Program-made: the position numbers and the translations under genes | In this document: in pieces, positions 55,044 through 64,000 of the stretch | Position numbering within the stretch: position 1 is the stretch's first letter | Layout: each line of letters starts with the position of its first letter | Origin: the human T2T-CHM13v2.0 reference genome, Homo sapiens | Assembly (NCBI RefSeq): GCF_009914755.1 | Contig: NC_060934.1 | DNA length: 64,000 nt | Strand: one strand, 5' to 3' | The notes under the pieces: generated by a model | The model's database searches: none | Told to the model about the DNA's origin: nothing | Seen by the model: only the letters and a program-made list of their open reading frames with translations

Positions 55044-55459
55044 TGATATAGCCTGGAACTGTGTCCCCACCGAATCTCATGTCGAATTATAATCCCTAAT
55101 GTTGGAGGTGGTGCCTGGTGGGAGGTGATTGGATCACAGGGGCGGTTTTTCCTGAATAGTTTAACACCATCCCCCTTGGTACTGTCGTGGCAATAGTGAA
55201 TGTGTTCTCGTGAGATCTGGTTGTTAAAAGTGTGTAGCGTCTCCCCCTGGCCCCTCTGTCTTTCTCCTGCTCCCGCCGTTTTTGACGCTTCTCTCCTCCT
55301 TTACCTTCTGCCATGGTTATAAATTCCCTGAGACCTCTCCAGAAGCTGATGCTGCTTCCTGTACAGCCTGCAGAACCACAAGACCATTAAAACTCTTTTC
55401 TTTATAGATTACCCAGTCTCCGGAATTTCTTTATAGCAATACGAGAATGGCCTAACACA
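55044..55459 (+). mobile_element. MST-type (MSTA-like) MaLR solo LTR
   Basis: TGATATAG...CCTAACACA termini; TSD AGTAG at 55039-55043 and 55460-55464. Confidence 0.92.
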
Positions 55460-55469
55460 AGTAGGAAAG

Positions 55470-55861
55470 TATTATGGGTTGGATTCTTCTCCCTTTAAAA
55501 TGCTTATCTGGAAGTCCTAATCTCCAGAACCTCAGAATGTGACTGTATTTGGACAGAGGGTGTTTAAAGAGGTCATTATTCTCAAATGAGGCCTTTAGAG
55601 TGGGCCCTAATCCAGTACAACTGGTGTCCTTTTAAGAGGGAGAGACACCAGGCCTGTGCGTGTGCAGAGGAAAGGCCGTGTGAGGACACAGGGAGAAGGC
55701 AGCCATCTGCAAGCCAAGGAGAGAGGCCTCAGGAGAAATCAAACCTGCCAACACCTTGATCTTCAACTTCTAGCCTCCAGAGCTGCGAGAAAACACATTT
55801 CTGTTGTTCAAACCACCCAGTCTGTGATGTCTTGTAATGGGAGCCCTAGCAAACCAATGTA
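55470..55861 (+). mobile_element. MLT1B-like MaLR LTR
   Basis: 'cctcagaatgtgactgtatttgga', 'gtgggccctaatccag' and 'gccctagcaaaccaat'. Confidence 0.88.
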
Positions 55862-56996
55862 GGAAGGATGTGGAAGTTCTGCTAGTAGCCATGTCTGCCT
55901 GGCTGTGTCTGTTATGAATGTGCTTGTGTGTCCTGGAGGGAGCGATGTGTGCACAAACTAAGGTTGCAGATCCGGTCACACTCTCAAAACCAAAGGGGAC
56001 AGAAGTAGGAGATGAAGTCAGGAAGATTAAACTCAGGGACCAGATCATGTAGATCATTTTAAGGATATCTCTGTTGAAACGTCTTTAAAAGTTGCAGTGT
56101 CTTGGCTTGATAAGACTACTGGAAAAACAGGAAACATGAACAAAAAAACTAACCGAGTTCATTTGAAACAGCATCCATCCTCTTGCCCCTGCAGAAAGGT
56201 GAACAAAAGGCAAATGACACAAACCTGAAATGCTAGGCAGAGGAGTTTTGATGATGTGATACAGGAGACAGTCCAGGTGTCTGAGCATGAATAACTGAAG
56301 AGCGGGTGTTATTTGAGGAGGATCAAGAAAGGTTGGGAAGCAGGTGGGGGAAGAGAACATTCCCAATCTCAGCTTACTGTCATGCCTTCCTGCCTCCTAC
56401 CTCCTGTCACATCAGTCCTTCCTGTAAACGCTGGCAGAGGAGCCCCTGGCCCTAGTGCCACGTTCTAGAAGATGCTCTCTGCCCTTCTCCAGCCAGGCTG
56501 GTCACCACTAGGTGATGATTCCAAGGGGCCAAAGGGCCATGTCCCCCAGAATCCATGCACCTCCTTCTAGACCACACCCTCCAGTACCTGGGACCCTGGA
56601 ATGATCTACTCCTATAGTCCCAAGCCCACTTCCAGCATCACTGCCTGCCTCTTTCCAGGGTCCACCTTCTGGAGGGCCAAGCGGGCTTCTGGGGTGTGCT
56701 CCGCAAGCTGAGGGGCTGGAGGGCTGCAGTAGCACTTGAATGTGAAGCTGGGATGTCCACCCATCATTAGTCACCTCTCCAAGCAGGAGGGAGCCAGGAG
56801 TGAGAAGAGAAGGGGCAAGGTCACAGAGTGGGGTAGTGGAGGCTGGTTCTCCTTGTGAGGTGATATTCTGGTACTTCACACGGAGGAACCCAAGTTCTGA
56901 ATTCAAACGTTGTATTCCATGTCCTTAGGAAGCACTGTTTGCCAAGGTAGGAGGACAAAACATATTCTATGTAACAGTGTGGAGCTCAATTTATAA

Positions 56997-57470
<474 letters not shown>

Positions 57471-57823
57471 TAAATTTGTCCTGTCCTCCTTAAAGCATTA
57501 AATGGTAATCTTTTCATTTAAATGTTTCAGAATGTTTCAGAAAAAGCATTGTATTTGTGACATTTGCCTTTTGTTCACACGTCTGAGAAGGAAAAATGAT
57601 GGATGTCTTTTGGTATTAACTCAATGATGTGTCATTTGTGTTCTGCTTTTCTATTTTTCCAATATTCTATCAAGCTATACTGTAACATCATTTTTCTTCT
57701 GATCTTAATACCACAATGATCATATTTAAATAGAGACATTTATCTAAGTTTCAATTAATTCAGAGGCATTAGGACAGGCAATACACTCTATTCTCTTCTC
57801 TCTCTCAGGTTTGCAGTTGTATG

Positions 57824-57857
57824 TGCAGTAACTGAGTTTGGTCAGCAGATGGCAGTG
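57824..57857 (+). promoter_or_regulatory. Predicted CTCF site: core plus upstream (ZF9-11) motif
   Basis: TGCAGTAAC (57824-57832), a 6-bp spacer, then TGGTCAGCAGATGGCAGTG (57839-57857). This fits the TGCAG..N5-6..CCASYAGRKGGCRS architecture with one core mismatch. Lies in apparently unique sequence. Confidence 0.7.
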
Positions 57858-57993
57858 AACATCTTGTCAGAAAGAAAAATAATTATTTAGGTTGCGTTAA
57901 AAATAAAGAGCCAGAGACAGAAAACACAGGACCTGTGGAGAAGCAGACGTGCTACAAAACACTGCCTTTCTTGCAGGAAAGAGCAATGCACAC

Positions 57994-58297
57994 TTTTTTC
58001 TTTTTCTTTCTTTCTTTGCCACATCTCACTCTATCGCCCAGGCTGGAGTGCAGTAGAAGATCTTGGCTCACTGCAGCTTCTGACCCCTGGGTTCAAGCAA
58101 ATCTCGTGCCTCAGCCACCCGAGTAGCTGGGATTACAGGCGCCCGCCACCACGCCAGGCTAATTTTTTGTATTTTTAGTAGAGACAGGGTTTCGCCAATA
58201 TTGGCCAGGCTGGTCTCGAACTCCTGACCTCAGGTGATCCACCCGCCCCGGCCTCCCAAAGTGCTTGGACTACAGGCGTGAGCCACGGCGCCCGGCC
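57994..58297 (-). mobile_element. AluS SINE
   Basis: Antisense dimer ending 'gagccacggcgcccggcc'. Confidence 0.92.
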
Positions 58298-58489
58298 CAG
58301 TGCACTTTTTTTTATGGGATCCATACGTAGCAAGTCCTTGCTTCATGCACCCCTTTCTACCCAACCCTGCTTACTTATTCAAGAGAAATTGTGTGCATGA
58401 GATGTTAAATTAATGGCACACTCAGATTGGGGAATTCTGAGACAGGGAGGGTGAAGCTGGGGTGACCTGGAGTGCAGAAGTCTGGTCCT

Positions 58490-58760
58490 GCCTCGCAATC
58501 CCCAGGGAGGGCCGGGCTGCTGAGTGGCACGATCTGCCCCTCCAGATGCCCGGCTCTGACCCGCTTCCTGCCGCAGCTCCTTGGCTGGGCCTCCCTGCTG
58601 CCCTGTATGCTTGGGGCATCCCAGGCTGGCTCCAGGCTCCAGAACCCAACCGGGGTCTCCCGCCCGAGCAGCCCTGCGTGGCCTGCGAGGAAGACAGCTT
58701 GTTTAACCCGTGCAGCCTCATCTCCCGGCTGATCTGGCGGTTACCATGGCAACCCCCAAG
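58490..58760. promoter_or_regulatory. Small GC/CpG-enriched element with an RFX X-box
   Basis: 14 CpGs counted in about 250 bp of non-Alu sequence. GTTACCATGGCAAC at 58740-58753 matches the palindromic RFX consensus GTTNCCATGGNAAC. Confidence 0.6.
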
Positions 58761-58997
58761 GCTCCTCAGGCATTCTCACTGACTGACCAGGCTTGGAAAA
58801 ACCATTCTGGAATGGACGGAGGTATATTTGGGGGGACATTTTAATGAAAGAGCAGCTTGACCTAGTTTTAATGCAGCACCATGAAATGGCAGGGACTTGA
58901 GGTGTGACTGAATAGAAAGGGATAGCTGCTGCCAGGAAATGGGAAGGTCTCCCAGGCTGAAGAGAGGTAGAGCAAGGGAGGGCTTCGACCTTTGCTA

Positions 58998-59237
<240 letters not shown>

Positions 59238-59654
59238 TCAACTCTCAAATTAGTGGGGCAGTTCTCCAACGTGGGAAACTATGGGCTCCATAGAGTGCAA
59301 AGACCTTGCTTTATGCACCCCTTTCTACTCAACACAGCTTACTTGGGGAAATGTCAAACAAATGCAAAAATAGAGAATAATTCTGTGTGTGTGTGTTTTT
59401 TTTAAGAGACAAGGTCTCACTATGTTGTCCAGGCTGGTCTCGAATTCCTGGCCTCAACCATCCTGTCTCAGCCTCTTGAGTTTATGTTTTAATAAAGACA
59501 TAAATGTAAGATTATCGTAATTCTGTAAAAAAAGGAAAACAAAACAAAAAAAATGCCTTCTTATTGGAAAATCTGGGGGGAGCATTTCTGACAATTTAGA
59601 GCTAACATTTAGCTGTACTGTTCATATTAGGTTTTCCAATTTCCAAAGGCTACT

Positions 59655-60410
<756 letters not shown>

Positions 60411-60603
60411 TAGAGCCATTTGTTTTTTCTCTTGCTTCCATAGTTCAAACTGTTGTTACGAGTGTGTCATAACCATTTGGTTATACCTGATTCCAGGCTT
60501 CATCATTTACAGCTGTAAGTGATATAAGGTAAGTTACCTGGCCTCTTTGAGCCTCAGTTTTCTCATCAGTAGAAAATATATATATTGTTTAAGGATTAGA
60601 TGA

Positions 60604-60898
<295 letters not shown>

Positions 60899-61551
60899 TT
60901 AGATGAGTAGATACTTGTAAAAGTCTTAGAACAAACCTAGCTCCTAGAAAAAGGCTTAGTAAATTAGCTATTCTCATTATTATTGAATGCAAATAATTCA
61001 TATTTCTATACAACTATTTTCTCTATGTCTATATCTATAATTTGTCTTTAGTGACTGATTTCTCCCTCAACAAAAACTAGCAATGAAATGGGAGATGTCG
61101 TCTGAATTAAAACTGTGCAAATGTAACCTAAGTGGCTTGCAGAGGTACTGCAATCCTCACATTCCAAAGATGTACTAGTTGGTCAATTCTTACAGCCTGT
61201 GGCTCCCACTTTCTTTCACTCCATATCCATTCCAGACATATTTGCCTTATCTATTCTTAAAAATTATGGGCTGTCCATGAAACATCTACCTGATATCTAT
61301 ACATCCTCCTTGCCATCCAGGTTTGCTCTCCTCTGGACACAGGCTGTGGGGCTCAAATCTAACTGAAGGTTTAAGACAGAATTCACAGCATTAGAGAAGA
61401 TGTACGGGGCCTCTTCCCAGATGCCAGTCTTACACTGTCAAGATTAACTTTTAAAAATAAACGCGACATCTGTATCTGTTCTCTCTTGGTGTCACCACAA
61501 TGTGCGTCCATGATAGAGAAAATTCGTGGACTTATGAAGTGTGTTCCCTCC

Positions 61552-62292
61552 TGATACAGTTTGGCTGTGCTCTCCAAATCTCATGTTGAATTGTAATCCC
61601 CAGTGTTGGAGGTGGGGCCTGGCAGGAGGTGATTGGATCACGGGGCCAGATCTCTCATGGCTTGTTGCTGCCCTCACGATAGTGTGTTCTTGGGAGATCT
61701 GGTTGTTTAAAAGTCTGGCACCTCCCCCTTCTCTCTTTCTTGTTCCTGCTTTCACCATGTGACATTCCTACTACTCCTTTGCCTTCCACCTTGATTGTAA
61801 ACTTCCTGAGGCCTCTTCAGAAACTGATGCTGGTCCTGTGCTTCCTGTACACACAGTAGAAGTGTGAGCCAATTAAAAATTAAACCCCTTTTCTTATAAA
61901 TTACTCAGTCTCAGGTACTTCTTTTTTTTTTTTCTTTTTTCTTTTTTTTTTTTTTTTTTTTTTTTTTTTGAGATGGAGTCTCTCTCTGTCACCAGCAGGC
62001 TGAAGTACAGTGGTGTAATCTCGGCTCACTGCAACATCTGCCTCCTGGTTCAAGCGATTCTCCTGCCTCAGGCTCCTGAATAGCTGGGACCACAGGCACA
62101 CGCCACCGCACCAAGCTAATTTTTGTATTTTTTAGTAAAGACAGGGTTTCCCCATGTTGGCCAGGATGGTCTGAATCTCTTGACCTCGTGATCCACCCGC
62201 CTCAGCCTCCCAAAGTGCTGGGATTACAGGCGTGAGCCACCGTGCCCGGCCTCAGGTATTTCTTTATAGCAATGCAAGAATGGCCTAACACA
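61552..62292 (+). mobile_element. MST-type MaLR solo LTR carrying an Alu insertion
   Basis: TGATACAG...CCTAACACA termini; TSD CCTCC at 61547-61551 and 62293-62297. Confidence 0.92.
61922..62251 (-). mobile_element. AluS (Sc-like) SINE with a long T tract
   Basis: Antisense dimer; TSD TCAGGTA(C/T)TTCTTT on both sides. Confidence 0.92.
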
Positions 62293-63427
62293 CCTCCCTC
62301 ACGAGCTAATAAATCCTAACATATTATGTGTCAATTGCAGGTCTCAAATTCAGGTTTTTGCTGCTATTGGCAGTGGCTTGTTGCAAATATTTATTGAAGA
62401 TTTCAAGAGTAGTAACTGAAAAACCGTATAAGGTAGGTACTATTAGACTCACTTTCTGAATTAAAACAATGAAGGCACAAGGATTTCAAGTCACTTGCTC
62501 AACAACACACAGGTAAAGAGGCAGAGCTGAGGTACTAAATTTGGTAGTCTGTGAACAGAATCTGCATTCTTATTCACTAGAGGAGACAGGTTCTCCGGGA
62601 TGTTTTTCTAAAATGCCATCTCATTGAATTGCAAGCCCGTACTCCACTAGATTGCAGAAACTTAATCTCAGTCGAAAGCCATGGTGTCCGGCGTGACCCA
62701 TGTTTCCTAGGGTCATGACTGAGTTAGTTGGGAATATAAACAGTGCTTTGGGATCCGGATGAGGAATCTGGTCCTCAGCCCATCAAACCATGAAAGTTGT
62801 TGCCACGTTGTTCCTACAGATGGCACTCCTGCCTGACTTCACCCAAAATCTTTTGGGTGCTTGAGAAACACCAGTCAACCCCAAGGGCTGGTGTTTGGGA
62901 GACTCTGCAAGACCATCTCCTCCTAACTCCACTTATGCACAGATCTACTCATGTTTACTCTAGCTCTGCATCCTCGGCTTTCCACGGGAAGGGGACCTCA
63001 GGGAACAGGACTTCCAAGACCTTATCTCACCATCCTCACTTGACCTGATGGAAGAGGTTGGATGGGATCAAGGGGGCACTCATGTAGCAGCCAGGATCAT
63101 AGCCCTACGTGTTTTTATTGCTGCTGCCCACACCCTTGAAACCCAGATATGCTGAGAGAGGCCCTGTCTTTTCCTGGATTCCCATTTACACACCTATAAC
63201 AAACAGGGCTGCACCATAAAGCCCCTCTCTAAGGTTTTATGTGAGACAAATACAGGCTTGAGTGTGGTTCAAAGATGTTTTGCTGTAAGATTTGTCAGTT
63301 TGGATTTTAGCCTGAAGTTACTGGGTACTCTGGAGATAGTTAAACCTGAAAGGCTTGGGAAGGCAATGGTTTGCTTGAAAAGAGACAAGAAAATGAAGAA
63401 AGAATGAGCCAAAGAAGAGGGAGCAGA

Positions 63428-63770
63428 GGTCAGGTGTGGTGGCTCATGCCTGAATTCCAGCACTTTGGGAGGCCAAAGAAGGACTGTCTCTTAAGCCCAG
63501 GAGTTTGAGACCAGCCTGGACAACACAGCAAGACCCCATTTCTAACCAAAAAAAAAAAAAAAATATTAGACCCCATCTCTAACAAAAAAAAATTATAATA
63601 TTAACCAGGCATGGTGACACTCTCCTGTAGACCTAGCTACTTGGGAGGCTGAGGCCGGAAAATCCTTTGAGCCCAAGACTTTAAGTTACAGTGAGCTAGG
63701 GTGGTGCCTCTGCACTCTAGCCTGGGCGACAGAGCAAGACCCTGTCTCTAAATTAAAAATAAAAAAAAAG
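63428..63770 (+). mobile_element. AluJ-type SINE with a duplicated linker
   Basis: Sense dimer; 'agaccccatYtctaac' plus an A run occurs twice (about 63531 and 63568). Confidence 0.9.
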
Positions 63771-64000
63771 AGGGGGAAGAAAAGAATTTAAAAATGGGAG
63801 GGGAACCACTTAACATCTGTTCAGGGATGTGGCTGTCTCACTGGCACCAATGAGATTAATATCATCACCATCACCTTCATCACTACCATTTTGCATGCGT
63901 CATCTCTAATCACATGCCCAGAGGTCAAACACTGGTGGCCCGAGGGTGGAGTAAGCATACCAGGGCAGGCAGTGACTACCTCACAGTAGTTCCCACTGAC

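Overview
This is human genomic DNA. A consensus-like AluYb9, a human-specific subfamily, sits at 24916-25236. The window is intergenic or deep-intronic and dominated by interspersed repeats (Alu, L1, L2, MIR, MaLR/ERV LTRs, small DNA transposons). I recognise no intact protein-coding exon, RNA gene or CRISPR array. The only gene-derived sequence I recognise is a 5'-truncated, disabled processed pseudogene of GPN3 on the minus strand (about 3812-4640). A 13-kb nested stack (9925-23150) consists of an old L1M carrying LTR8, FRAM, MST, a near-full-length L1MA and an AluS, most with readable target-site duplications (TSDs). The ORF track is explained by repeats or chance. I cannot support a new biological system. 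The best candidate for unannotated function is a regulatory module at 57.8-59.3 kb: a CTCF site with its upstream motif, plus a CpG-enriched patch carrying a consensus RFX X-box and bracketed by a ~65-bp direct repeat. Subfamily names and the GPN3 comparison come from recalled consensus sequences. Boundaries of old elements are approximate.
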